Shown here in pieces: positions 36,605-46,669 of a stretch of 62,683 nucleotides of DNA. The stretch's first letter is position 1. Each line of letters begins with the position of its first letter. The notes below the pieces were generated by a model. That model saw nothing but the letters and a program-made list of their open reading frames with translations, ran no database searches and had not been told where the DNA came from. The DNA is from Promethearchaeota archaeon (GTDB taxonomy: Archaea; Asgardarchaeota; Lokiarchaeia; Sigyniarchaeales; SOKP01). The stretch covers positions 155,853 through 218,535 of the forward strand of contig JBHLOY010000005.1 of the NCBI GenBank assembly GCA_048939995.1. The letters are read 5' to 3'. Position numbers and translations under genes: made by a program.

Positions 36605-37902
36605 CGTTTACAGATTCTAAATCTAACACATCTATACAAAAAAGTAAAATCTTGACGGGTAATCATGCTGCTGCTCATGCAATCAGACAAGCAAAAGTAG
36701 GTGTAGTTTCAGCATATCCAATTACTCCCCAAAGTCCTGTAGTAGAAAAAATAGCTGAATTTATAGCTAAAGGTAAATTAAATGCTAAGTTTGTCAAAGT
36801 AGAATCAGAACATTCAGCATTAGCAGTATGTTGTGCTGCTTCTGCGACAGGCTCAAGAGTAGCTACAGCAACTTCTGCTCATGGTTTAGAACTAATGTAT
36901 GAAATGCTTCCTTGGGCTGCGGGAAATAGATTGCCTATAATAATTAACCTTGCAACTAGATCTCTTGGAGCCCCATGGAGTGTTTGGACAGATCATTCAG
37001 ATTTTATAACAATAAGAGATGTAGGCTGGATTCAGTTCATGTGTGAAGATAATCAAGAAATCTATGACACAAACATCCAAGCTTTCAAAATTGCTGAAGA
37101 TCCTCGTGTTTTTCTGCCAACAATTATAGCTTATGATGGTTACATCTTAAGTCATACCATGATGCCGGTGATTTTAGAAAATCAACAAGATATTGACGAA
37201 TTCCTCCCCCCCCTTGCACATCATATCAATTTATCAGATATCTCTCAAGTAAAAGGAGTTGATCCTGTTACTACACCTGATATAAGAAATAGAGGAAAGG
37301 AGGGGACTGCTCCTGCATATTATGAATATAGATATTCTTTACAAAAAGCTCTCGAAAATTCAATTGAGGTCATACAACAAGTTCATGATGAATTTGCACT
37401 AAAATTTGGCAGATCATATGGAAATGGTTTGTTTAAAACTGAACAAGTTGAGGATGCAGATACAATCATCTTCGCAATGGGATCTGTCGCATCTCAATCG
37501 AAAATCGTTCTAAAAAAACTTAGAGAACAAGGATTAAAGGTAGGATTAGTAAGTTTGAAATTGTTTAGACCCTATCCGGCCAAATTTTTAAGAGAATTAT
37601 TAAAAGATAAAAAAATTATAGTTGTATTTGACAGAGACATTGGATATGGCTATGAAGGTGTCTTATGTTATGAGTTAAAATCATCTTTATATGGTTTGAA
37701 GAATCCTCCTTATATCAAAGGATTTATCGTTGGTCTGGGTGGAAGAGATATAACAAATGAACAAATTATTGATGGAGTCAAAAGAGCATTGAACCAAGCT
37801 AAAACAGGAGAAATATCTCAAATTACTGAGTTTTTGGGTCTAAAGTTGGATGAAATTAGTAATTATGATGAATCAACATTCTTTGAAGAGGTGAAAAAGT
37901 AA
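36601..37902 (+). CDS. porA: 2-oxoacid:ferredoxin oxidoreductase alpha subunit
   Basis: AYPITPQS, VESEHSA, TATSAHGL, GLGGRDI. Confidence 0.93.
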   Translation: MTFTDSKSNTSIQKSKILTGNHAAAHAIRQAKVGVVSAYPITPQSPVVEKIAEFIAKGKLNAKFVKVESEHSALAVCCAASATGSRVATATSAHGLELMYEMLPWAAGNRLPIIINLATRSLGAPWSVWTDHSDFITIRDVGWIQFMCEDNQEIYDTNIQAFKIAEDPRVFLPTIIAYDGYILSHTMMPVILENQQDIDEFLPPLAHHINLSDISQVKGVDPVTTPDIRNRGKEGTAPAYYEYRYSLQKALENSIEVIQQVHDEFALKFGRSYGNGLFKTEQVEDADTIIFAMGSVASQSKIVLKKLREQGLKVGLVSLKLFRPYPAKFLRELLKDKKIIVVFDRDIGYGYEGVLCYELKSSLYGLKNPPYIKGFIVGLGGRDITNEQIIDGVKRALNQAKTGEISQITEFLGLKLDEISNYDESTFFEEVKK

Positions 37903-38807
37903 TGGTAAATGTAATGGATCTTCCCGAAGAAGAATTTATTTATCCTGGCACTAGAGCTTGTGCAGGTTGTTCAATGGCATTGATATATAGAATCGCACTT
38001 AAAGCTTTAGGACCAAATACAATAATAACCGTTCCTGCATCTTGTTTAACAGTTCTGCATGGAATGCAAGGTTTCTGTACGACTAAAGTTTCAGTTTATC
38101 ATACTCCTTTTGCTACTACTGGAGCTGCTGCCTCAGGAATTGTTGCGTCTTTAGAAGATAAAAACTTAGCTGAGGACATTAATGTAGTAGCATTTGCCGG
38201 AGATGGGGGTACTGTTGATATAGGAATACAAGCTCTTAGTGGAGCAGTTGAAAGAGGTACAAATTTTATTTACGCTTGCTATGATAACGAAGCTTACATG
38301 AATACTGGTGTTCAAAGAAGTGGTTCTACTCCACTTGGAGTTAGAACAACAACTACACCCGAAGGTAAATTAGGGCATAAGAAGAATATGCCAAAAATAT
38401 TAGAAGCACACGGAATCCCATACGTTGCCACAGCAATATCATCTTATCCACTTGATTTGTATGAGAAATTTCAAAAGGCTAAAAGTATTCAAGGATCAAA
38501 ATATATACACATTTTAGCCCCATGTCCCCCAGGGTGGAATTATGATCCAAAAGATTCAATTAACATTGGTAAATTAGCTGTACAAACAGGTTTTTGGCCT
38601 TTATTTGAAGTAATCGAAGGTAAATTCATACTATCAAGAGAAAGTAGAAGATATTTAGATCCATCTAAAAGAAAACCTATAGAAGACTACTTAAATGCCC
38701 AAAAAAGGTTTAAAAATCTTTCTAAAGAAGATATTGATACGCATAAAAAATATATTCGAGATTTATGGATTGAAATCCAGGAGAGATTGGAAAAAACTTC
38801 AAGTTAA
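37902..38807 (+). CDS. porB: 2-oxoacid:ferredoxin oxidoreductase beta subunit
   Basis: ACAGC, GDGG..DIG, DNEAYMNTG.Q.S (TPP binding), PCPPGW. Confidence 0.93.
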   Translation: MVNVMDLPEEEFIYPGTRACAGCSMALIYRIALKALGPNTIITVPASCLTVLHGMQGFCTTKVSVYHTPFATTGAAASGIVASLEDKNLAEDINVVAFAGDGGTVDIGIQALSGAVERGTNFIYACYDNEAYMNTGVQRSGSTPLGVRTTTTPEGKLGHKKNMPKILEAHGIPYVATAISSYPLDLYEKFQKAKSIQGSKYIHILAPCPPGWNYDPKDSINIGKLAVQTGFWPLFEVIEGKFILSRESRRYLDPSKRKPIEDYLNAQKRFKNLSKEDIDTHKKYIRDLWIEIQERLEKTSS

Positions 38808-38911
38808 TTCATTTTTTTTCTTTTTAATTTTCAATTTAGAGAATTATAACAATATTAAAAATAATTCAATAAAAATTAAAGAGATTATAATTTAAGATTA
38901 ATTGATACTTT

Positions 38912-39697
38912 ATGATAAGAACATTTATTTTCAACGAAATCAAGAATATTTGGATTGAAGAAGAAGAATATCTCTTTTTTCAGGATTTATGTGCTTTTCT
39001 GGAGGATGATAATTCAGTCATTTACCTTTGGAAAGGACCTAAATGTTCTAAAAGAAGATATAAGAAGGCATATGCATCCTTAAATGAATTAATTTCTAAA
39101 TATTTACAGCCAAAATTTCAGATAAACGTGTTAGCAAAACATCTTCCGTCTCAAATCGAAGAAAAACTTAATAAAATGTTAATTACAGCCAAAAAACAAG
39201 AAGAAAGTAGAAGATTAAAATTTTCAAAATTCACTACTATAAGATCTTATCTAGCCTTTTCACTTATTGCACTCATGCTTTCTACGATTTCAGCTGTTTT
39301 ACTAACCTCTTGCTTATTCTGGCTTAAAATAGGTGATTTTTTCTTTGTTTCTTCATTATCATATCTTAATTGGTTATTATACCCTCAGATCTTAATATTG
39401 ATTTCTTTAATTATGTTTATCCTAAACACTTTAGTTGGTTTATATGAAATGGAAACACAAGTTATTGTTTTTTCTTTAATAGGTTTAATATTTTGTAGTG
39501 GAATTTTAATCTATTTTCAACAAGGAATTTATCTCTTTTTATTTCAAGAAGGATCCTCATCAACTTTATATGTGCTTAAAATAGACGATATTGTCTTCTT
39601 TTGGATAATAATATTATCTGCAATTACTTTTTTTGTATTGATTAATCTGATCAAGTTATTTTCGTTTATTAGAACCTATAGAAAGTATATTTTGTAA
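38912..39697 (+). CDS. Gelsolin-like domain fused to a 4-TM membrane domain
   Basis: DLCAFLEDDNSVIYLWKGPKCS..A matches the gelsolin repeat D-x-F-L-D..IY-x-W-x-G..A; four hydrophobic helices in the C-terminal half. Confidence 0.55.
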   Translation: MIRTFIFNEIKNIWIEEEEYLFFQDLCAFLEDDNSVIYLWKGPKCSKRRYKKAYASLNELISKYLQPKFQINVLAKHLPSQIEEKLNKMLITAKKQEESRRLKFSKFTTIRSYLAFSLIALMLSTISAVLLTSCLFWLKIGDFFFVSSLSYLNWLLYPQILILISLIMFILNTLVGLYEMETQVIVFSLIGLIFCSGILIYFQQGIYLFLFQEGSSSTLYVLKIDDIVFFWIIILSAITFFVLINLIKLFSFIRTYRKYIL

Positions 39698-39761
39698 TCC
39701 AAGATATATTGTAACAAAATAATTCCATAAATGTTAAATTTATTAGCACAAGAAGAATAAT

Positions 39762-40646
39762 ATGGCTGAAGCTGCTAACATCTTACCAAAACTCGAAAAG
39801 GAAGACATTCGAATCTTAATGGCAATCGAAATTGGAATGAAAAGATCAGAGTATGTCAAAATAACTGATATTAGGTTTTATGCCAGATATCCTCTTGAAG
39901 AAACTCTTTTTAGATTGAAAAATGCACACAAATTTGATTTAATCATACGTAAATCATCAGAATATGAAATCTCATATACATTAAATTCAATAGGGTATGA
40001 TATATTAGCCTTACATACTTTAGTAGAAAGAGAGGTCATTAGTCATCTAGGACCATTAATTGGAAAAGGAAAGGAATCAGATGTTTATGGTTGCATGGAT
40101 GATAATGAAAACATATATGCTTTAAAACTGTATAGAATGGGTAGAACTAGTTTTAAAAATATAAAGAAGTATCGAAGTTTTATTGGAGAACGATCACATC
40201 TTTCTTGGTTATATATTAATAGATTAGCAGCAAGGAAAGAATTTAGGGCATTAAAGAAAATCTATAAACTCAAATTAAATACACCAAAACCAATTGCATT
40301 TAATCGTCATGCAATTGTTATGTCATATTTAAGAGGGAAGGAACTAGTATATTTTCAAAGTATAAAAAATCCTCGAAAAGTTTTCAATAAGCTCATAAAA
40401 CAAATAAAAGTAATTTTTCAAAAGGCAAATATGATCCATGGAGATTTAGGGGAATTTAATATTATTTTGGATGAGAAAGGAAATATATTAATAATAGATT
40501 GGTTACAATGGGTTCCAAAAGAGCATCCAAATGCAAAATCTCTATTAGAAAGAGATATTAATAATATATGTAATTATTTCGAAAAACGATTCAATGTGAT
40601 AAGTAATCCTTCTAATATAATTGAAGATTTTTATAAAACCAAATAA
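39762..40646 (+). CDS. rio2: RIO2-type atypical protein kinase
   Basis: N-terminal wHTH with GYDILAL, GKGKESDVY, GRTSF, IHGDLGEFNI, IIDW.Q. Confidence 0.92.
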   Translation: MAEAANILPKLEKEDIRILMAIEIGMKRSEYVKITDIRFYARYPLEETLFRLKNAHKFDLIIRKSSEYEISYTLNSIGYDILALHTLVEREVISHLGPLIGKGKESDVYGCMDDNENIYALKLYRMGRTSFKNIKKYRSFIGERSHLSWLYINRLAARKEFRALKKIYKLKLNTPKPIAFNRHAIVMSYLRGKELVYFQSIKNPRKVFNKLIKQIKVIFQKANMIHGDLGEFNIILDEKGNILIIDWLQWVPKEHPNAKSLLERDINNICNYFEKRFNVISNPSNIIEDFYKTK

Positions 40647-40652
40647 AAAATT

Positions 40653-41252
40653 TTAATTTTTAATTATCTTTCCTTGGATAATAAAATCTTCAAGACTCTT
40701 ACTATTTGTTATTCTAAGATTTATTATATTTGGCTTTAAAAATGTAATTAATGGCTCTAAATCTAATGTCTTCTTTAAAATTGAAAAATGAATGTTAGCC
40801 ATATGCTTACTTACCCTGATAATCTCTTTTATACCATTTATAATATTATATAGATTTTGTAATGATGTAATCGAATATATTGTATCAATTATATTCTTTC
40901 TAATAGGCAAATTTTCCATGTCAGCTAAAATAAGATTTACATTCAGACGCTTTATCCAATATTTATACTTTTTGACAAAATTTTTCAACATATTTAGGGA
41001 AATATCTATTCCAATATAAGTCGAATACCATATTTGATTAATCTTGCTCTCTTTTATCATAAATTCAAAGAGGAGGCCAGAACCGCATCCAACATCTAAA
41101 ATAATATTATGCTTTGTTTGCAAATTCCCAATTGCGGTTTTATATTTCTCTTCTTGAATTTTCTTGTATCTATGATCATAAAACTGCGAAGTAGTGTTAT
41201 ATTTTTCGATTATTTCCTTTTTTTTATTAGAATTCACGTTATAATTGGGCAA
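40653..41252 (-). CDS. Class I SAM-dependent methyltransferase
   Basis: ILDVGCGSG, GIDIS, ADMENLP. Confidence 0.85.
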   Translation of the reverse strand: MPNYNVNSNKKKEIIEKYNTTSQFYDHRYKKIQEEKYKTAIGNLQTKHNIILDVGCGSGLLFEFMIKESKINQIWYSTYIGIDISLNMLKNFVKKYKYWIKRLNVNLILADMENLPIRKNIIDTIYSITSLQNLYNIINGIKEIIRVSKHMANIHFSILKKTLDLEPLITFLKPNIINLRITNSKSLEDFIIQGKIIKN

Positions 41253-41366
41253 TTAGGTTTACCTATATAATGATTGTCTATAAAAAGGTTTTAATTGAAA
41301 AAAGTTTTTCTTTAAATTATCTTTTCTATAAATATATTAATCATTTTTTTTAACAAAGGTAAAATC

Positions 41367-41633
41367 ATGTCGAATAAGAATAATAATTCTGTTCCTAAGT
41401 CAAAAAATCCACTATCCATACTTATGGCATCACAGAATAGTCAAATACTATTAAGATTAAAAGATGGCACGGAATATAGAGGTACTCTTAAGGAGATCGA
41501 TGCCTATATGAATCTCATTCTAGAGAACTGTACTGAGATAATGGATGGGAGCCCAATCGCGAAATATAACGAGATTTTCATTAGGGGTAATAACCTATTG
41601 TTTATTAAACCAGATGCTTCTCAAATTATATAA
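41367..41633 (+). CDS. Sm/Lsm RNA-binding protein
   Basis: Sm1 G.L...D.YMNL.L and Sm2 IFIRGNN. Confidence 0.92.
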   Translation: MSNKNNNSVPKSKNPLSILMASQNSQILLRLKDGTEYRGTLKEIDAYMNLILENCTEIMDGSPIAKYNEIFIRGNNLLFIKPDASQII

Positions 41634-41648
41634 TAAATCTCGCAGAAA

Positions 41649-42086
41649 TTGAGAAAAATCTCCGATGATCTTGTATCTGTAATCGGTTATGGTACTTTTA
41701 TTACTAGAGGGATTTGGAAAGATAAAAAAAATGTAGAAGTTTGTTTTATTAAAGATTATATTCGCATTTTTCCCAGAGGAAGTTGGTTCCCTTATGTTCT
41801 ACCGTGCAGAGGAGGCTCATTTTATGCCTTGAAATTCGATGTAACAAAACAAGAGTTAAAAAATTTGGATAAATATGAAGGTGTTTATGAAAATTACTTC
41901 AAACTGGAAGAAGTAGAGGGATATAAAAAAGATAATCAACTATTTAAAGCCTATATATATCTACCTACTGAGGATACGATAAAAGAGCTCAAATTATCTG
42001 TTGAGTTGGATAAAAACGATAATTGGAAGGAAGAGATAAAAAAGTTCCCTGAAGTCTTAAATAAGTTTCCAGAATTAGGTATTTAA
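41649..42086 (+). CDS. Gamma-glutamylcyclotransferase (AIG2-like) family protein
   Basis: GYGT N-terminal motif, LDKYEG, AYIY. Confidence 0.75.
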   Translation: MRKISDDLVSVIGYGTFITRGIWKDKKNVEVCFIKDYIRIFPRGSWFPYVLPCRGGSFYALKFDVTKQELKNLDKYEGVYENYFKLEEVEGYKKDNQLFKAYIYLPTEDTIKELKLSVELDKNDNWKEEIKKFPEVLNKFPELGI

Positions 42087-42983
42087 TTATTTGAATAGTA
42101 TTGGGATTATATTCTCCCCTTTGATGATGGCATAAGATCCCGGATTAGGTGTAAATAAACCTCTATAATCGGCTGAAGAGAAGATAGATAAAAGCCTTCT
42201 ATTGAAAAACCATCTATAACCTTCAGGAAAACATTCATGGGCTCTTATAAGGAATTGTAAATTGTTCTGTTCCATGAATTTATCGAAAGCCTTCTGGCCA
42301 AAAAATTTAATGCCTGACCCTCTATAGCTACTAGAGAACTCGAGACTTTCTATTTCTTTTGGATCATTCCACAATATCTGAAAAATTGCCGGAGCAATCT
42401 CATCTAAGTCATTTTTTTCTAGATCTTCATATCTTTTCTTTTTTAGCTTTTCTAAAATGCTAAAATCTTCTGGAATCCCACCATGCAGACAAAGCACACT
42501 ATTATTTATTAAAGCGCATAAGGATAATTCCTTGTAGAGAGATATAACTTCATTAAATTTAGACTTGTCATTAAATCTTGAAATAAAATCTTGGAAAAAA
42601 CCATAATATTGATTCATTTCTAGAGTTTCGTGATTTCCTTTTAATAGATAAAATTTATGAGGTTCAATTATTTTTAAACTTAAAACTAGGATTAAACATT
42701 CAAGTTGATGAGGTCCACGATCAACTATATCACCCAAAAAAATTACCCCTTTTGGAGAAGCTTTATTTATTAATTCTATCATTTTTCTCAAACTTTGTAA
42801 ATTTCCATGAATATCTCCAATTACATAGATCTCATCTTCGGTATCTAAATTGAATTCAAGAATCACTGTTTCATCTTTAATCAGCTCTTTTACTACTTGT
42901 AAAGTATTTGAAATCTCTTCAAAATTTAAAAACGAAATTCTTTGTGGATCTTTAATCAAATTCTTGAAGTTAATTTTGGTCAC
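42087..42983 (-). CDS. PPP-family Ser/Thr protein phosphatase
   Basis: GDIHG, GDIVDRG, GNHE, HGG, LWNDP, IRAHE, SIFSSADY. Confidence 0.92.
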   Translation of the reverse strand: MTKINFKNLIKDPQRISFLNFEEISNTLQVVKELIKDETVILEFNLDTEDEIYVIGDIHGNLQSLRKMIELINKASPKGVIFLGDIVDRGPHQLECLILVLSLKIIEPHKFYLLKGNHETLEMNQYYGFFQDFISRFNDKSKFNEVISLYKELSLCALINNSVLCLHGGIPEDFSILEKLKKKRYEDLEKNDLDEIAPAIFQILWNDPKEIESLEFSSSYRGSGIKFFGQKAFDKFMEQNNLQFLIRAHECFPEGYRWFFNRRLLSIFSSADYRGLFTPNPGSYAIIKGENIIPILFK

Positions 42984-43128
42984 CTTATTTCTCTTGAAAA
43001 AATAATATTTGGGTATTTTTCTTATATAAATCTTTAAAATTTCTAAATAAATCTGATTATCGATCTTTTATTAAAAATATCCACTGATTGAAAATAAATT
43101 ATTATTTAAATATATAAAAGATAATTTT

Positions 43129-45153
43129 ATGGTAAAACAAGATTTAGAAGAGTTTTCACTTTTACTAAATAAGGAGATAAAAAAATTTGAATTTGAGAAA
43201 AGTAGGCAACAAAAGCTTCAAAAAAGTCAAGGAACTATTTATACTCCTCAGAAAATAGCAGACTTTATTGTTAAAGATGCTTTGAAGCTACTTTTTAGTG
43301 AATATTTTGGATCAAATTTATATAATGATTTTAGTGATATTCTGCTTTCTATCTCAGAAAACCAGAAGATTAAAAATAAAATCATGAATTTAATTCCCAC
43401 TTTAAAATTTTTAGATCCTGCATGTGGTACTGGAAGATTTTTAATCTCAATAGCTAAAAAATTGTTCCTAATTTATAAAAGACTTTATCCAAATGTATTA
43501 GATTACGATATCAAGAAAACAGTAATAGAAAAGAATCTGTTTGGCATTGATATCGACATTTCTGCTATAAAAATATCTAAATTAAGATTAATTAAGTGGT
43601 TGTTATCTGGTGTGCAAAATATTAACAAGTTAAAACTAAAAGTTGAAAATATAGATTTTATATTGAAAAAATATAGATTAAATTTCAATTTTTATAAGAA
43701 TGATTTCCTTTTAGATTTCAATTTAAAAAATTTTGACATAATTCTCGGAAATCCGCCTTATATTGAAAATAAAAAAATATCTGACAAAACTTATAAAAAG
43801 AAGTTAAGAGAGAGGTTTAATTCTGCCTATAAATTATATGACCTTTCCATACTTTTTATTGAAAAGGCACTAGAAATATTAAAAGAGAATAAAGGAATTC
43901 TCTCCTTTTTAACTACAAACAAATTTTTGGCAGCAGATTATGGACTAAAAATTAGAGAATTTCTTACAAAAAAAGCTGAAATTAAACAAATAATAGATCT
44001 TTCTTCCTTATCTATCTTTCATAATATTGCTGCCTATCCAATCATCATAACATTAAAGAAACAAACTCCGGTAAATGGCTTAATAAAAATAAAAAGAATA
44101 AAAAATTTAGAATTATTAAACCAAGAAAATCTAAGTGTAATGAATGAAATTCCACAAAATTCAGTGAATTTACTTCCATGTAATGTAATTCCCATTTCTA
44201 AAAATCTAAAGCTAGTTAAATTTTTATATAAAAATTATAAACAAATGTCAAAAGAAATCCCAGATCTTAAAATAGTATATAGACCCTATGGGTTTATTAA
44301 TTGGTCAAAGAATTTTAAGTATGTTTCTCAAACCTCCTCCTCTAATAGTGATTTATTATTGATTGGAACTGGAAACGTAGGAAAATACCATATAGACTTT
44401 GAAAAACCGATACGAATTGCTCAACATAAATTAAATATCTGTTATTTCAATTATCATAATAAATTTGAATCTAAATGGAACCGATTAAGTGGAGAAAAAT
44501 TAATTTCCAGAGAAATTGCTAAAGATCTCACATTTTCTTATGATCCAGGCATATTTACGAATATAACAGGATTATATTTTATTATTATTCCCTCATATAA
44601 TACAAATCAGATGTTTAGTTTGTTATTGCTTTTAAATTCTGAACTAATAAATCTAGTTTTTAAAGCATTATTTGGGACATTACATATGGCAGGTGATTAC
44701 TTAAGAATCAATGGAAGTTTTATTAAAAGATTGCCATTATTAAATGTGCTTCCGACTTCAATTTCTTCCTTAGGAAAGAGTCTTCAATTCCTTTCGCAAC
44801 TTAAGTCTGATTTCATTAAGTTAGATCAAGATAGATCCTTCAAAAGCATCGATATTTCATCTTTAGAAGAATTAATTATTTTTTACAAGAAATTATCTGA
44901 TGCAATTATTAACGCATTATACCTACAAAAAACAAATTCTTTAGATTACAAAAACCTTTTTGATTCTATAAATCATTTACCAAATATTGACATAAAGTAT
45001 TTTACTCGTATTTATAATATATCAAATTATTCTATTTATGGAAAAAATGAAAGAGAGTCAATTTTTAATTCTCTTCTCAACATATATGCAGATTTAAATG
45101 GTAATAAGCAAACTTTAAAGCAGATTGAACGATTTCAAAAACTGATCAAGTAA
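43129..45153 (+). CDS. N6-adenine DNA methyltransferase (TaqI/Eco57I-like), apparently orphan
   Basis: YTP, DPACGTG, GNPPY, DLS..FIE; C-terminal target-recognition-like region. Confidence 0.85.
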   Translation: MVKQDLEEFSLLLNKEIKKFEFEKSRQQKLQKSQGTIYTPQKIADFIVKDALKLLFSEYFGSNLYNDFSDILLSISENQKIKNKIMNLIPTLKFLDPACGTGRFLISIAKKLFLIYKRLYPNVLDYDIKKTVIEKNLFGIDIDISAIKISKLRLIKWLLSGVQNINKLKLKVENIDFILKKYRLNFNFYKNDFLLDFNLKNFDIILGNPPYIENKKISDKTYKKKLRERFNSAYKLYDLSILFIEKALEILKENKGILSFLTTNKFLAADYGLKIREFLTKKAEIKQIIDLSSLSIFHNIAAYPIIITLKKQTPVNGLIKIKRIKNLELLNQENLSVMNEIPQNSVNLLPCNVIPISKNLKLVKFLYKNYKQMSKEIPDLKIVYRPYGFINWSKNFKYVSQTSSSNSDLLLIGTGNVGKYHIDFEKPIRIAQHKLNICYFNYHNKFESKWNRLSGEKLISREIAKDLTFSYDPGIFTNITGLYFIIIPSYNTNQMFSLLLLLNSELINLVFKALFGTLHMAGDYLRINGSFIKRLPLLNVLPTSISSLGKSLQFLSQLKSDFIKLDQDRSFKSIDISSLEELIIFYKKLSDAIINALYLQKTNSLDYKNLFDSINHLPNIDIKYFTRIYNISNYSIYGKNERESIFNSLLNIYADLNGNKQTLKQIERFQKLIK

Positions 45154-45284
45154 AAAAACATAGATTCTATATCTAGATTTAACGATACAGAAAAAATAAA
45201 AAAATCTAAATTCTATTATATCAAATTTTTATTTATAAATTTATTAAAAATCAAAAATTTAAAAAAAGATGAGAAGTGAGAACA

Positions 45285-45605
45285 ATGGCTAAAAAAAAGA
45301 AAATTGTTAAAGAGCCTGAAGAAGATGATGTTCCTAGTGGAAAAATGGATGAAGATGGAGATGAAGTAATAGATTTATATGATGAAGAAGATAATTTAGA
45401 AGAAGATTTAGATTATGATTTAAGCCAAGTAGAGGATGAGATGCTAGAAGATGAAACTGAAGATGAGGAATTTGGATACGAGGTAAGTCAAGTAGAAGCT
45501 ATGTTAAGAAAAATTAACTGTGAACCCTGTTCAGGAAGCTCTAGCAAACGCCAATGTAAAGTACGCGATGATTTCGGATGTCCTCCTGATAAAGCTAAGA
45601 AATAA
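45285..45605 (+). CDS. Highly acidic small protein with C-terminal 4-Cys cluster
   Basis: Basic N-terminus, D/E-rich core, CEPC..C..C. Confidence 0.75.
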   Translation: MAKKKKIVKEPEEDDVPSGKMDEDGDEVIDLYDEEDNLEEDLDYDLSQVEDEMLEDETEDEEFGYEVSQVEAMLRKINCEPCSGSSSKRQCKVRDDFGCPPDKAKK

Positions 45606-45652
45606 GTTATCGATTTATATTTGCTCTCTTTTATTTTTTATTTTTTTACCAA

Positions 45653-46669
45653 ATGGATGATTGTGAGGATTTGATATCTAAAAACTTAAAGCGCCTTTTG
45701 ATTCTATATTTTACGATCCTCATTAGTACTCTCATTTGGAATATAAATCAAAATATTTTTGGCAATCCATTTTGGCCATGCTTTATTCTATCAACTACTA
45801 CTTTTTTAATAATATATACTCCTTTTGAAATTTATTTTAGTTTTAAAGATATCTGGCTTGATAGGTGGTTTCAAATACATTTAGAAGATCTATCCTTTAA
45901 GAAGGTAAGAATTAAGACAGATAAAGAGAAATCTAAAGGAATTGCAACTCTCTTAATTACCCCAAAAAGTAAAAATATCTTAAAATTAAAAGATGTTATC
46001 ATAGTTTTATGTCATGGTTTTTCTGATACTAAAGAAACACTTCAATTTTTTTACTTGCCATTAGCACTCCAAGGTTTTACTATACTAGCATATGATTCTC
46101 GAGGAACTGGTGAATCGAAAAAGGTTGGAAAAAGAAGCCAATTTTTGAAAAGAATTGAAGATTTTAAAATGATAATTAATTGGATTAAAACTAATGAAGA
46201 ATATAAAAATAAAAAAATCTATTCTGTCGGTTTTAGTGTAGGAGCTCTAACTGTGTTATGTGGCGGATTTCCAGATAAAAATATAGAAAAATTAGTGGCT
46301 ATTTCATCAATATCTAATTATAAAAAAATATTACCAACTTTTAATCCAATACTTTTACTTAGGTATTTTTTCAAAGGTATAAAACTCTTTATTAATGATA
46401 ATGAAAATGAGCGCTTATCCCCCTATATTGTTATTAATGAATTAAAACAAACTCTACCAGAAGAAGACTGGGAAAAACTATCGAGTAGGGTATTATTGAT
46501 TCATTCTAGAAACGATAGAATAATAAAATTAAGAAATTTTGAGGAACTTAGTAAAATACTCAATCTTAGAGACGAAAATAAATTAATTATGAAAAGAGGC
46601 GGACATACAAACAAAAAGAATGAATTAGTTTTAGTAAGCGCCTCATTAAGGTTTTTTAACACCCCTTAG
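45653..46669 (+). CDS. Membrane-anchored alpha/beta hydrolase
   Basis: Two N-terminal TMs; HGF, YDSRG.GES, GFSVG, ND, GGH. Confidence 0.8.
   Translation: MDDCEDLISKNLKRLLILYFTILISTLIWNINQNIFGNPFWPCFILSTTTFLIIYTPFEIYFSFKDIWLDRWFQIHLEDLSFKKVRIKTDKEKSKGIATLLITPKSKNILKLKDVIIVLCHGFSDTKETLQFFYLPLALQGFTILAYDSRGTGESKKVGKRSQFLKRIEDFKMIINWIKTNEEYKNKKIYSVGFSVGALTVLCGGFPDKNIEKLVAISSISNYKKILPTFNPILLLRYFFKGIKLFINDNENERLSPYIVINELKQTLPEEDWEKLSSRVLLIHSRNDRIIKLRNFEELSKILNLRDENKLIMKRGGHTNKKNELVLVSASLRFFNTP

Noticed and set aside
43129-45605. Complete restriction-modification or defence island
   Set aside because: No endonuclease, specificity subunit or mobility genes adjacent.
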